A stretch of 64,000 nucleotides of DNA, taken from NCBI GenBank assembly GCA_905331295.1, contig CAJNYD010000012.1:310001-374000 (forward strand). The letters are read 5' to 3'. The notes below the pieces were generated by a model. It ran no database searches, was not told where the DNA came from, and was given only the letters and a program-made list of their open reading frames with translations. Within the stretch, counting starts at the first letter, position 1, and the number at the start of each line of letters is the position of its first letter. The translations under genes and the position numbers were made by a program. Shown one piece after another: positions 44,101-58,941 of this stretch. This stretch comes from Rotaria socialis (lineage: Eukaryota).

Positions 44101-47100
44101 CAACCTGGTAAATCTAATCCTGGATTAGTGTATATATACTTTTAGTCAGATTATTATGGAGATTTTCTATGCATGACAACACTAAATTTTCTACTGGATT
44201 TTTTCCTGTTTTTATTATCGTTAGTGAAAGAATCGCATCCGAACAGGCACATGATGATGTTTTCCTGTGAAAATTCACATGACACTTTATTGTTTGCTTT
44301 GTTACAGTGCCTTGCTTTCTATTCTATATAGACTGACTATAGGACGCATCACGAGTATAAGTTGACACAGAGAAACTATTTATTATTATTACTATTGTGG
44401 TTTTAGTAGACATAGTAGCACGTTTCGTTTTTCTATTCTTATTTGTTAATCATTCATTGATTCCCATTAGAGAGAATCTAGTGATTCCCATGTGACTAGT
44501 TTCATCTTTCATAATTATTAGTCAATGACTGTCCGATGGCCAGAATACGAATATAAATCACGAGACCGATTCTAATTTAATAGTGATTGCATTGTCATTT
44601 GTCACTTTTCTTTTTCCTAAATAGACACTATTGAAGATGACTTTTTGTTGGTGTTCAATGTGCAACAATTAATTGTATGATCATGATCCAACAAAACAGA
44701 ATAAAAGAAAAAGAAGAAGAGTAGCAGCAGCAAAAGAACGGAAAAGAATTGCCATGCAATGAAGGAAGAAAAGAGCATAGAAAGAGAGAGAGAGAGAGAG
44801 AGGAGAGTGCGAGCGAACAAGAGGGGTGAGTGAGAGAACAAGCGAAAACGCAATTCTCTACTACTTCTATTACTATACAACATCATCTACATGTACACAA
44901 TCTAGTATTTTTAATATGAATGGCACAATCAAGTGTGAAGCAATTAGGTGAGTTTTTCAACAAAAATCTTTTATATACAACATGCCTATGTGAATTGTTT
45001 TTTAATAGTAAAAGAAAACAAAAGAAACTATTGTTCATATTTGCTTTGTATTTTTCACAGACCACAAGTCATTCCGTTCATAAGTCGCACCTTTTAAAAT
45101 ACATATAAATCATATGAAATAGAAAAGATTGCATTTTATTATGATTTGATAATGGCCAGTCAATGGTCAAAGGTGAACATATATGTATGTATATATATAT
45201 ATATATATGAACAACAAGATTTAAGACCTCATAAAATTACGTCCTACTTCGCTCGATCCTTCTAATATCACCTTCTATATTGCCTCTTTAGGGAATTTTA
45301 TAACAGTGACAATCTACTCAGGATAGACAAATAGACAGGTATCAATTACACCACTAAGAAGCTCGTTTAAATAAATGTTTAATAGAAAAAAAAAATCAAG
45401 CTAGTGAACTAAATAACAAGAGATACTGTTTTGATTATAAGAAAGAGCACATGCTGTCGTGCCGTCTCTTAACTGTAATCGCGTCATCGCAGCTCAACCA
45501 TACTTCCATCCGGTCGCTTGCCGTGCATAGAAGCCTAATCATCTTGAGAGTTTCTCTCTCTCTCTCTCTCTGTCTTTCTGTCTCGTATTTAATAGTAGTA
45601 GTAGCATCAACTATGTATTTGATTATATCATGCGGATGATTACGCTGAACACACATACATATCTAAGCCGCCCATGGTTGTTCATATCGGGTAGTTAGTT
45701 GTATGACGCGTGCCCTGTATTGAATGTGTGATATACAACATCAGTATATAAACATGTAGTATGTATATGAACAGATTTATCAATAAATATGAAATAATTA
45801 TTATTTTTCGATCATTGTATATGAAGTTTTTGCGCTTGATAGACTTCTTTCTTTTTCATCAGGCTTCATAGTCTCTCTTATAAATTCACTCAAACATGAT
45901 CTCGTAATCACTTGATATATCAAGATGAACTTTAATATAGTATACATGCTGATAGATATTCCTAATCTTTCTTTTTATTCATTCATTCATACACTGCTCA
46001 ATCTCTGTTGCTTCATAGTCTCTCTAATCTTTTCACTTAGGATTCTTGTCAACTAACACGCACATACATTTAGCTAATTTCATTGATTGTTGTCGCCTTC
46101 ATGTCCCGACAATATGAATATTACGTAATATAAATGCCTAACACGCAAATCACATACAGGAACTTGTCCTTATTTGAAAACCTAGCCTTGTAAAATGATT
46201 ATCATGTACCATCTGTTAGCTATGTATGTTTTATTTCTAAGACAAAAGAGAATACAAAACGAAAAGAATCTGATAAGAAGTATATTTATTTGTACATGGT
46301 AAAAATTCGAAATCTTTTTTCAATTAGAAAATTTTGACGATAAACTGTGAACTTTCACATTTCAATTAAATCCACATGTTATTGAATAAAAATGAAAACG
46401 AGAGAGAATGAATAGGACTCATCAATATAGAATAAAAATTGTATGTGCGAAGTTTAATGGTCATCCGTTAAACGTATATACATGTACAAGGCTATTTTCA
46501 TACTCTATCAATGCATGACAAATCTATTCGAATCAAAGATTTCTTTTTTCGTTTTGTTATTTTTCCGTTTCTCATTCTTCGTTCACTCACACTTGACATA
46601 TTTCATTATGAATATATTTTAAAATATAATCTTAGATTTATACTATTGTTATTTTAACTATTATGATTGCTGTTTATAGTGAAAGGAAAGAGAGAGCAAA
46701 AAAATGAAAAAGTGTTCGTATGTATACATATTATACCTTTTGAACATTAGAAGATTGACTTACTTACATCACGAGAATGTAAATCGATCTATTTCATCGA
46801 CATTATTCAATAAAGTTTAAACAAGAGCAAAAAAAAGAACTCGACACATTTCACTTAATTGAAATTGCAAGTTCATAGTCCATTAGATAAAATTTGAAAA
46901 ACTTTTGTGAAATGTTTCCGTCTATTTTGTTTTGTTTTCATTTAAGTAAGTTTCTATTCAGTCAGCTTGCTCTTTTGTAGTGTTTGTTCGGTCAAAATTC
47001 TACTCAGATATGACGGCCTAAGAAATTAATTGCCTATAAATGTCTGAATACAATAGGGTGGCATTGCATTTCTTTCTTTTTTTTCCCTTCGTTTTTATTG

Positions 47101-50100
47101 TTTCAAGATTACTCTATTCTCGATGCTTTTTCTTTTTGTTTGGGTCAATTGAGTGAGACAGCATCTTGTAAGCGAACAGCATGTGTGTATGCATTTTGTT
47201 CACACATATATTTGTGTCTGTTGATTCGGTTGGATGTCTCCCATTGTCGTCAGCAGGTACAATAAATTGATTAACAGAAGCATCAACAGCACTCGAACGG
47301 TTTCGCACGACGACGCACCCTTAAGGTAGCACTAGAAAGGTGTCCGTCGATCAGTTAGAAAGTAAAAGTAGATGAATGAACATCATATACTTGAGAAATA
47401 GATGTGCACGCGTTCAATGTCAGCTAGTCGGTCATCTTGTCTTTGTCAAAATTAATCAGCATTGAAAGATGAGTCTATATATCTTCGTGTGTACGTATAA
47501 TCTACTTCCTTCGTTTAGTTCTCGTTCAGGATATAGATTTAAGAGTGTGCGCGTACTCAATAGTTTTCGCCTGTCCATCACATATCAGTCGTAGACAGTG
47601 TGTCGACAAACGAGAAAAAGAAAAGATATTAGCCGGAACGAAGATTAAAAAACTTGCCGCCGATATTACACATTTCAATATCGTAATAATATTTATATGA
47701 ATAGGGTGAGTTCTTATTGTATATTTATCTTTGCTTCTATTCTATTGAGATCAATTTTCAAAGGAATTATTCTTTTTTACGGTCTTTCTTTCAAATTTCG
47801 TTCTAGTGCGAGATATTTCTAATAATGAAATACACGGCAAAAGAAAAGAGTTTTGATTGAGTTTAATATTCATCGACTTAGATTCATACACACGTCTAAA
47901 CACTTGAGACATCTTCTTTTCTTAATTCACACATTGTCAATATAGAAGAAAAAGAAAAAATACATGTCATCTACCTCATACAAGATGAGCACATCCTGAC
48001 AAAGAAAGGTCATTGTCTATATCTAAAAATAAACTTAGTTACTCTATTGAACATTTGTCGGTACAATAATGTTTGATGTTATGATGGTATAAGTATCGAT
48101 GATCAAATTCGTCTGTGGCATCGATTTACACAGTAGAGAGCGGATATATATAGATATCTTTTGAATTGACGAGCTGATGCACGTCCTTGCATTGATCTCG
48201 AGGAAATTAATTGGATGGTGCAATTGCTTTTCTAGCACCATACTGAGATGCTACTATACAGTTTCTAGGTAAATTACCAGAAAAAAAAGAGTAAGTGATC
48301 CGCTTTGATCGTTGACTATGTCACAGCTGTATGATGTAAGCGTAGAAGATAATCATTCAATCTGAAGACGAAGAAGAAGAAGAAGAAGAGGAAAAAGAAA
48401 CAAAAACTGGCCACGAATTGAGCAATCTTATATTGTTAATAGTCATTTGAGTTCTAATAAACTATTCTCAATCGACTTCGTTACTTCGATGAAGTCACGC
48501 TACAACAGCTGCATACACATTATATTCTTTGTTCGTGTGCTTATATCGAATCTTTTTCTTTTTTCTAGATTTTTTCTGTTTTTTCTCGTTTTTCTTTTTG
48601 GCTGTTCGTTCATTCAATCATCGTCTCATCAGCATCCTCATCGTTCGTTCGTTCGTTTGTTCAATCGATCAGCACTCTTGGGAGATTGAATTGTATGTTA
48701 AAATCTTGTACTATGACTACTATAGTGCATGCGTTTACTATGGAAATAATCCACTATACTTGAATGAATATGATGTAACTCAACATACAACACGAGTAAT
48801 GAAGCATTATTGATTATCTTTTTACAGTTCTTTCCTATTTTCTGTTCTATGTATTGCTCGAATACAGAGTTGTGTTGTACTAGAAATAGAGAAGTATTTT
48901 AAAAAGCTACCAGGTCTGTGTGAGCAATAGAAGAAGCAGAAGAAGAAGAAGAAGAAGAAAAATTCTTTCAAATCAATCGTTTTCCTTTTTTTTTCTTCAT
49001 CTAATGAGTAGTAAGCATATGCCAGATAGCATCTAACTTGATCGCAAAAGGTCGTTTTCAACATTAATAATCAACATGACAAAACATAATCGAAACGACT
49101 TTGTTTTCATTGAGAAAGTTTCCTTGGATATTGAAACAAAAGAGAAATGTACGAATAACCTTGAATTTGATTAAACAAATGATTGCTAGATTTTATTATG
49201 AATCGGAAATAAAAGTGAGTATTCTTGTCCTTTTTTCTTCTTATTTTATTCATCGGAAATGACTCGTCAGTTAAAACGACTATTTTTTTAAATGCAATTT
49301 ATTCATCAGTGTACGGTAAATACTAAACTATTTGTAACGTTTGGATTTTCTGATAATGCTTTGTTATTCTCTTTTTGATCACGAAAGATAACAACATATG
49401 TTTCCTCGTGTTCTTCCCTCCAGTGAGCTTTTTCTCCTCAGTTCAAATCTCACTATTGCATATCGAGATTGTCACGCTGTGCATCTCTATTTATGTGCAT
49501 GAACGTATCAATCATACAGATGGACCACCGTAGTGAAAATCGATTAAGACCACTGAAATAAAATACAAAGCAAAATTATATATTGAATCGTACTACTATC
49601 ACGGATCATTTTCTTGATGTCTTTTTCTTTTTTTTTCTAGTTATTGATCATCTTTAGAACGAGAGAGAGAGAGAGAGAGAGAGCAAAAAAATGATCAAAT
49701 TGAATAATATTCATAAAAAAAAATCGTTTTTCTTCTGTTTATTATTCCAGATTAAATTTGACAAGTAATTTTTTTTGCCTTCAGAATCATGTTAATATAA
49801 CATGATAAGCACTTATTATTTTATTCCATCTCATTTTTCGATTTCGAGACCAGTTAGTTGTCCTTGACACATAAATAAAAGATGAGTTTGCTTGTCATCG
49901 AGATTTGTTTATACAAGGGATCTCTTTCTTTCTCTCTCTCTCTCTCTCTGCCTTTCTCTTTTTTCCTCTTCGATAGAGAGATGATCCATTGAACAGTAGT
50001 GAATGACACGAATAGATCGGTCGAATGTTCACTTATTTTAATTAATAATAGCCTACGACAATAAATCAGTTGATCAAATAAAACATGTGTATATCGCTGA

Positions 50101-50688
50101 TGTTATTCTTTCCAAGGTCATGATAATCTAAGAGAACGAGAGATGGAGGAGATCTATGATATTATTTAATTAAGCAAAGGATCGATTGAGTGTTATTCTT
50201 CAATAGAACATTATTCCATTAGGCTCAATTTACTTTTTTTTTCTCGCTCCAGACATTTGGTCCTAATGGAATAGAAGCACAAGTGAGTGAATAAGAGAAC
50301 TTCAAAGTAGAAGAGTGAAATAGATATATATATATACATGTTTTTGTTGATCGTAGGTTATCGTGACGACGGTCACATAAACACTTATATTCTTTCGTTT
50401 ATGTGTGGTGTGTATTGTTTCAGATCGTTCCGACAACTAAATATACTTTCATCTTAAAGAAATAATAGGAGGAGGTTAAAGAGGATGTGCATTTTCTCTA
50501 TTCAGGTGTTGACAGGAAACGGGAAATTCAATAGGTCACATCTGCTCGTCATACTAATTAGAGCAGTCGTTCGATTCTAATGAATCGCGATTATCTACTT
50601 GAAAAAAAAATCGGAATATTAAATAGGTCATTGAAATTCTATTCTGATCTTTGCTTCTGTTTCTATTTTTTCGTAGATAAAGTAAATC

Positions 50689-53600
50689 ATGATTAAAATT
50701 ATCATATTTTTCTTCATATTTCCATTAATCTATTCAAATCATCATTTACATTCATTACCCTCGATTGTAATCGATCCAAATGATTATCCTGAATCCGATT
50801 TAATACTTCATAATTTTCAACATCAATTTCATCCAACATATTCCTATCGTTGTTTATTACAAACTGAATCAAAATACTTTCATCTTGATTCGTCATGTCA
50901 ATTATTAACACGCTTGCCACTAAAACAAATATGCCCACTTAATTATACATTGAAATTAGAAATTGTTTTTCCACAAAATACAACTATATATGAATTAATA
51001 ATTGAATTAAAATATAAAAATCCTTTTCAATTTAATATCAAAAATGATCAATCAATGATAACATTGCCATTTTATTGTAATAATCATAATGAGATAAATA
51101 TCGAAAATAAAAAACATGAAATGTTTATTGGCAACGCACATATCCTATTAAATGAAGATCAAGAAGAAAAATTATGTCAATTTGAAAAAAATCCTTATCG
51201 TATTAAATTGAAAGAAAATGAATTCTATGAAAATTTTCTACAAATGAAACCAATATCATCATGTTCAGCAACAAATTATTTGTTAGCATCATCGAATTCA
51301 AAACGAAATTTCGAGTATTTTGCATTAAACTCTTCTACGGGCTATTTGAATCTAATACGTCCATTAGATTATGAATCAATAACAACATGGAAATTAGTTA
51401 TACAAGGTCATGATAAAGCTTCCATACCATTCTATACATATGTTATTATTGATGTTGATGACATAAATGATTGCCCGCCGTTACTGTCGTGGAATTTTCC
51501 ATTGCAAACAATCGAAATTCTAAACAATACAGATGCATTCAATATTGAAATAGCTGTACATGAATCAAAAGTTGAACAAAACAATGTTATTATTGCAAAT
51601 TTAATAGCATCCGATTTAGATACATCATCAAATATCGATGATCAAATTAAATTTCAATTGACTGTAAATTCAACAGATTCATTACCATTTGAAATTCATG
51701 GTCCATTTGCTGATTCAACATTTGTTTTATCAACAAATCATAAACTCGACCGAGAACTCCAAGATAAATATATTTTTAATTTGATTTTAACTGATAATGG
51801 ACAACCAAAACTATCATCATATTATGAATTATCTATTTATATATTAGATGATAATGATAATTCACCTATATTCGATAGATCCATTTATTATGTTGATATA
51901 CAAGAAAATAATTTAATTAATACAACATTAATACAAGTTTCTGCAAATGATTCTGATCTAGATGATAATGGACGTGTGACATATGAATTAAATGATATTA
52001 ATAATAAATATGTTACTATTGATAGTCAAACAGGAATTATAAGAACAAAAATGCAATATGATTTCGAACAAATTAAAGATTTTACATTTAACGTAACAGC
52101 TATGGATCATCCAAATAAAGGACAACAGTTGAAAACAGCAGCTACAGTTTTTGTTCATATTATTAATCAAAACGATAATATTCCTAAAGTAAGTTAATCT
52201 CTAGTATAATCAGTATTTAATGATGAATAAATCGAATTTCTCATAATCCAAGATTGTTTATTGTAACTTAAGAATGCTGAACATATTAGGATCAAATTTA
52301 ATGATAGTAGACAATATCTATAGAGCATATGGGCCTACATTTGTTTTTCATGTCAAAGTCGTATTATATACGTTCTACTTATCAGGATAAATGATTGATT
52401 CAAAAGCAAAAAATTTTCTTTTTTTTGATAGAAAATTGAATGAAGTATATAAACTATTTGATATGTCGGCAGCTTTGAATACTGATTTTGAATATGTTAT
52501 CTCTATTTTGGTTATTTTATGAATAATGAAGAGGACAAAATTTCCATGTGTTTTTGAATTAAGTTCTAACGGCGACGTTCATTTCACTTAATACAACTAT
52601 TAGAGTGGTCGTATAGGAAAACAAGAAGAAGCTGATCTTGTTGTGATGTGCATGAAATAATGTCTTTCTATTCAATGATAAACAAATTAGATCTAATACA
52701 AATATAGAAGAGCATATGAGCAAGTTGCAAATGGAAAAAGATAAAAAGTTGCTATTCGCTCGATTCGAGAGATATATCTTTAGTGTAAATATAAAGCTAA
52801 ACTATATTAATCTGACAAAATCATTCGAGAAAATGAGATATTGTTTATTCATGCTTGCAAAAGTAAATGTATTGTTTCTTCATAACTTGTGAAAAATGAC
52901 AGATCTTTGTTAGAAAAGCTGTTGCAAATACATTTATGAACACTCGTTTATCATAAGTAAAAATATCGATCTATTCAGTCAAAATATGACAGAAGTATTC
53001 AAATTTTTCTTTGTCAAGGGATTGTCTGGATACTCTATTGATTGTTGTTTGGATTAACTATGTATAAGCATATAGATGTATCAATGTAACCCGAGAGAAC
53101 ATCAATTATTCATGATGAGTTTATGTTCAGCTTAAATCAATCTTATTCTTTCATGATACACCAACGTTGAGACTCGCTAAGAATAAACAAAAAATAATGT
53201 ATTCATAATATTTTAGTTTTTTTTTTATTACGTGTCTATCTTTCTCTCAGAGCTACTATTTAAATTTTGCTAGTTATAGATTTATTAAGAATTATGAATT
53301 CGATTGAAGTCACATAAAATTTCTAAGTCACGAGAATAGGTTATCAATGAAGTTTGATTTTAATCAGAATTTGTTTTCCAGCATAAATTGACGATTATTA
53401 TTTATTTTTAGTTTCCTCAATCAAATTACGAATTCTCAATATATGAAAATAATGCTCCAAACAGTTTTATTGGTCAAGTAATAGCTTCGGATATTGATAA
53501 TGCTTCACTAACATATTCTCTTGATAATCCATCAGATGAAATTTCTTCTCTTTTCAAAATTTCATCATCGGATGGTAAAATTTTTGCACTTCATCCTCTC

Positions 53601-56357
53601 GATCGTGAACAATCCGATCAATATATATTTCATGTAATTGCATCTGATGGTTATCATAAGTCTTCACGTATTCAAATTCAAATAACTACACTCGACTTAA
53701 ATGATGAAATTCCACGTTTTGTTTTTCCAAATGATCATAATGATACGTTAATTATTGATCGTACATACTGGCATATCAATGATTATATATGTCAAATCGA
53801 TGTACAAGATCATGATCAAATACCCAATCATACATTACTTCTTGTTCATCGGCTAGATCAATTAAAAAATTATGACTATTTAGCTGAACAAAAACCTTTA
53901 TTAAAATTTGATTCATCAAAATTTTATCTTGATGATGAAGCAAGATTATTTTTCAATTCAACAAATAATGCAATTTTACATGACGGAGTTTATTATCTAG
54001 CATTTAAAGTAAGAAAAAAAATATATATATATATATTTTATTTTATTTTATTATATTTTCATTCAATTTTTTTCTCTTTAAAGATTATTGATGGTCAAAA
54101 TTATTTCGATGAGAAATTATTAAAATTAATCGTTGTTGACAATTATGAACGTATTCAAACCATCGTTAAACAATATGATTATCTTGGTTCTCATTTAAAT
54201 AGTCGCTTTTCTTATTTACAATATCATTCAAATACTAATACTAATATTAATACTAATACTAATAATAATAACAATCATAATTCATATCAACCACGCCATT
54301 CCTATTCGTCGTCATCATCATTAGATCAATCGAATAAATTTCTTGTTTTTATTATTATCACTGTATTAAGCATAATACTTATTGGTATAACATTTATATT
54401 TATATCATTAATACGACGTAAATCATTTCAACAAAAAGATTTATTGAAAACTCAAGATTCTGTATCAACATCATCTGTTTTACAACAACAATCGGATTCA
54501 TCTACAGCGAATCTATTTAAACCATCAACAATAAATAATAATGATAAAAGACATAAACTACGTGTTAGTAATTGTTATGAATATGGTGAAATATCATCGC
54601 CTTCGTCATTACTCATGTTAAATAAAGGTTCAATAACACCAACATCGTTAATAAATGATAATTGTCATTTATTAGAAAAATTAAATGAAAAACAACTTTA
54701 TGATGAACAAAGAACTAAGGTTAGAACTTTTGAACAACATCTTTCGACTTGAAAACATATTCAAATCGTTCGATATTTGAGAAGTGTCTTGTAAGAGTAA
54801 GAAATATTTGACCAAAATTATAGCTTGTGGTTTGCAGATTAAGAGTTAAAATCATTTTTGATGATATTTTTACTTAGAGTAGCATATTTCTATTTGATAG
54901 TTATTCTAACGATAGCTTTACTGGTTATTTGATACTTCCGAAAATTTCAACGGCAGCAAATATATGTTCTTTGAAATATTTGATTTCAAAAATTTAGCCA
55001 AGATTAAATTGCAAATAATAATACTTCGAGAAACATAGACGTATTCATTTTCACTAAAACTTTCATAAATATCTGATGACTATGATATCTATTCACAGGT
55101 AGACTTTAATTAAATTAATTAATCGAAGCTCTTCATTAGGAGCCCTTGAATGTTTGTAATAATAAGTTTACAAAAGCAGATGATAGACGATTAAAAAGTT
55201 GTTATATTTTCATGGTTTTTCAATATTCGATTCATGTACTTATTCCGAACGGATAATATATCGTATGAAGAATGATCTCATCTGTGTATTTTGTATTTTT
55301 CTCGTTGAATTTTATTGGAGAAGTATACGAGTACTCTGAAAAAAAGACGGTTCGTTCATTTTTTGATAAAATGTTATAGTTCGTTTCACCGATGAATTCT
55401 TCGTTTTCCAACCATCGTTGACTACATTCAAAGAAGTGTTCATTTGTTTTGAATATTTTGTTCTGTGTCACCGTTGAGTTATGTAACTTTTCGTTTCAAT
55501 GCACTACGGAATTAAATTACTTGACTATTATATGTGTATGTACATATTATTCATCATGAAATTAATACAAAAATATTGTTTCATAGTTACAAATAAACAA
55601 ACTAAATAGTGATCATTTCATATTTTTTCTTTAGCCGTACTCATCATGGGTATTGTCAACCGCAAATCGTCCTGACTCTCGTTATTCTCAACGTAGTAGT
55701 GATTCATCAACCTTTCATTCACTTAACCGTCTTTCTATTCCACCACAAATGCATTCAACAACAAACATATCTCACCAATTATGTTCACCAAAACGACATT
55801 CAACAGTCACCTATGAATCATCAACGACAACATCAACAAACAATTCAAATATTCAATCATCATCAATACCATCAGACTATACAGTTGCTATAGTGTCATC
55901 ATCAACAAATAATTCTCCACACACACCTGTTAGTTCTGATGATGGTTTTTGTGGTTCATCCGATATATCAGATCCACCAATGCATAATGGAAGTAATAGT
56001 TTACTATCATCATCGCATCCACATCATAGCTATCGTCAACCATACAACATGATGAAAGAAGGTATGATGCAAAAAAATCAACATTCACCATCGTTTACAA
56101 CATTACTTAATCGTTTCAATGATTCGACAGTAACAACACATGGAACAGATACGACGCGACGTGTTCGATTTAATCTTGAACCTGAAGGAAAACATCAACA
56201 GAGGACTATTTTACCATTACCATCATCAAATTCACCGGATCGATTAGCTGATCATGCTTTAAGACGATTTGAGCAATTGTATATGACTCGAGATAATGTT
56301 TTAGATAAACAATCGGTCGATTCGACAGTATTATATACAAATTCGACAGTCGTCTAG
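50689..56357 (+). CDS. Protocadherin-like single-pass cadherin-repeat protein
   Basis: Signal peptide MIKIIIFFFIFPLIYS; cadherin motifs LDYE/DINDCPP, LDRE/DDNDNSP, NQNDNIP, LDRE/DLNDEIP; TM FLVFIIITVLSIILIGITFIFISLI; Ser-rich tail. Exons 50689-52188, 53412-54008, 54084-54719, 55635-56357. Confidence 0.9.
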
Positions 56358-56384
56358 TCTTATGTTCTTGCAGTATTTTTTTTT

Positions 56385-56421
<37 letters not shown>

Positions 56422-56689
56422 TATGTTTGTGCATAAACGCCCGCCGTCTGATTCTTCCTATTTTTTTTCGTTTTTTTAAATTGTGGAATGACTCAGATGT
56501 TGTTCATTTCTTCTTTTTCTTTGTTTCTTTTTCAATCTGTTTCTTTTTTAAAATAATAACAGAGAGGAGAAAAGATATTCGAAAAAAAAAATAGATTTCC
56601 TAGATCAAGATAACCTTATTAAACTTTGACTCGCCTAAGGTTCTATCTAAAAGTAATATGATACCGAAAAAAAAGTCTTTATTACTTTG

Positions 56690-57315
56690 CATACTGTAAT
56701 TCATCTGAAATTTCGTAATATCTGCTCATAATCACTGTTGCTCTTCATGATTCAAGTCATAGAGTGAGTTGAAATATGAAACAATCTGATTTTTTATTCT
56801 TGGCTGAATAAGATAAAACTTACACTCAAGAATGGAACTAGATCTTAAACTGGAAAAAAGAAAGAAAATAAAATAACCCGGAAAGCAGTTCTATAAAGAT
56901 AGCCCTAAAGCATCGAATTCAACAGATATTTAAAATCATTTGTGATGTTACCGGCCATCCATCGAGTTGTCTTTGCATACCGTTTCATCCACATAGGCAG
57001 CACGTTGTAAAGCTTTTATTAACAAGACGGCACTATTGGATCTACATTATATTTCATGCTTTCTTGAAATGATTGGTAGATTACCCACAGATCATTGTAG
57101 TTTGGATCGTTTGTATTTAGATTTTTTTCAATACTGCTGAATTTTTCATTTGTTTCTTGTTGTGTACAGTCTATATTTTGATAGAATTCTTCTTCCAATT
57201 GTTGCTCATTACTTTCAAGTTGTGCTTTTGCTGCAATATTTTCCAAACGGTTTGCTGATGTACAATACGCTGTTTCTTATATCTTCAGCTAAATCATTCA
57301 CTTCTTCGACAGCTA
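56690..57315 (-). pseudogene. Disrupted coding fragment of unknown family
   Basis: Protein-like stretches (VEEVNDLAEDI / ETAYCTSANRLENIAAKAQLESNEQQLEEEFY.. / LLIKALQRAAYVDETVC) fall in different frames with stops, after a TTTTTAG acceptor. Confidence 0.35.
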
Positions 57316-58941
57316 AAAATGCATAAGCATGAACCAAAACATTTGTAGAGAATTAGCTATAAGAACAACTACGTAGATAAAATCTCAGGTTGGCCATAGA
57401 GATTTGTGGAAAGGGTGAAAGAAAGAGAAACTTAGAATTTTCAAATACAATAATTAACGTCCTATTTAATTTTAGTTTTAAACTTGTACAGCAAAACAAA
57501 TTTTATTTGCGAAATATTAACTGAACTCCAGACAAGAATCATGTGTGCATGAAATTCTGCTTCTCGACGATTGTTTTAATTAGTGTCTCATGACATCTAA
57601 ATGGATAGCAATTGATTTGAGTTATTGTGCAAGTTTTTGTTCGCACACAGGTTAGAACAAAGAACGGTGAACTTGAACTCTGGTAGAAAGTCAAAATATT
57701 AAACAATAAAAATATTGGCAGATGTATGAAACTAGCAAAAGAAAAGATATTCTACTTATAAGCTTGATTAAGAATTTATTTTTGTATGTACAAAGGCGTA
57801 AATATAGAGGGCATGAGGCGCGACCCCTTCTGCTTTTGAAATTTCTCACTATACGCCCCCTGCTTTGAAAATTTTCATCCAAGAATTGTAAAAATATAAC
57901 CAAAATTGATATTATGCTTCTGGTCACAATCACGAAAAATACTCGCAATTATGCAGTACACTGGATCGGATCCGATTGTCGGAACGATTCTCCTGGGAAG
58001 TTAAAAATCGCTCAAGGCACATTTCTTTCGACGTCTGATTTACGTAATCTTCAAAATTAGAAATAGTTATGTGACAATAGTAATACTAACAATACCATTT
58101 CTTATTGGTAGATGTTGGTCTTGATAGCAGGGCGATGGAGAAAAATGATACCTAGGTATTTTGCAGAAAATATAACAATTTTGAAAATCTAGTGAACGAG
58201 TTCAATTTCTTAACCCCGAAAACTTCCGATCAAAATTTATTAGAGATTACTAGTTTTTCAAAATACCTTGCCCTAGTTGAAAAGAACTCAAGATTGAGAT
58301 TTCGAAAATGTTTCAGTTAATATAAGGTATTTTGAGAAGCTAGTGATTTCTTATATAGTTTGATCGAAGGTTTTTTCGGGATTAAGAAATCGAACTGATT
58401 CAGAGCATTTTTGAAAATTTTTATGTTTTCCAGACGTGCCGAAGTATGTTTCCTTATCATCAGCCTGTTATCAATACCCCAATTATGTATTGATATTGTA
58501 AAATCTCTAAGTAGGAAATTTCTATTCGACATTTTTACTGACGGCGTTCTTCAAGAGAATCCAAAGAACAGAAGAACAGTCACAATACTAGCTTGTCGAT
58601 GTATAGCTTATCAAAATTCAAAAAGACCATTTGTTTTATCAAGGACTACAGTCTTTTCATAACGCTTTTCAATAATGTATCTTGACAAAAACAAACTGTT
58701 TTTCTTTCCATTGTTGGCTGAAGTACCACCTGAGAAAGATATTTGCAATATTAATTAAAGCCAAAGATAAGAAACCACTTTTAATATTTTATTCTTACTT
58801 GTGAAGCCTTCATATCAACATCATATTTGCTATTAAACGTGCGTACTTATCTTTCATATTTCTTCTCTTTTGCAATCTTTGTCTTTATGTGTGACAAACA
58901 AACGGCAAATAGTAAAACTGCACGAAAAATATACTCACAAA

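Noticed and set aside
40543..49064. Numerous 60-95-aa ORFs in the gene-free region
   Set aside because: Microsatellite- and homopolymer-driven, on both strands, with no recognisable domains.
58317..58740. Overlapping ORFs upstream of AP3S
   Set aside because: No recognisable transposase or protein motif in any frame I read.
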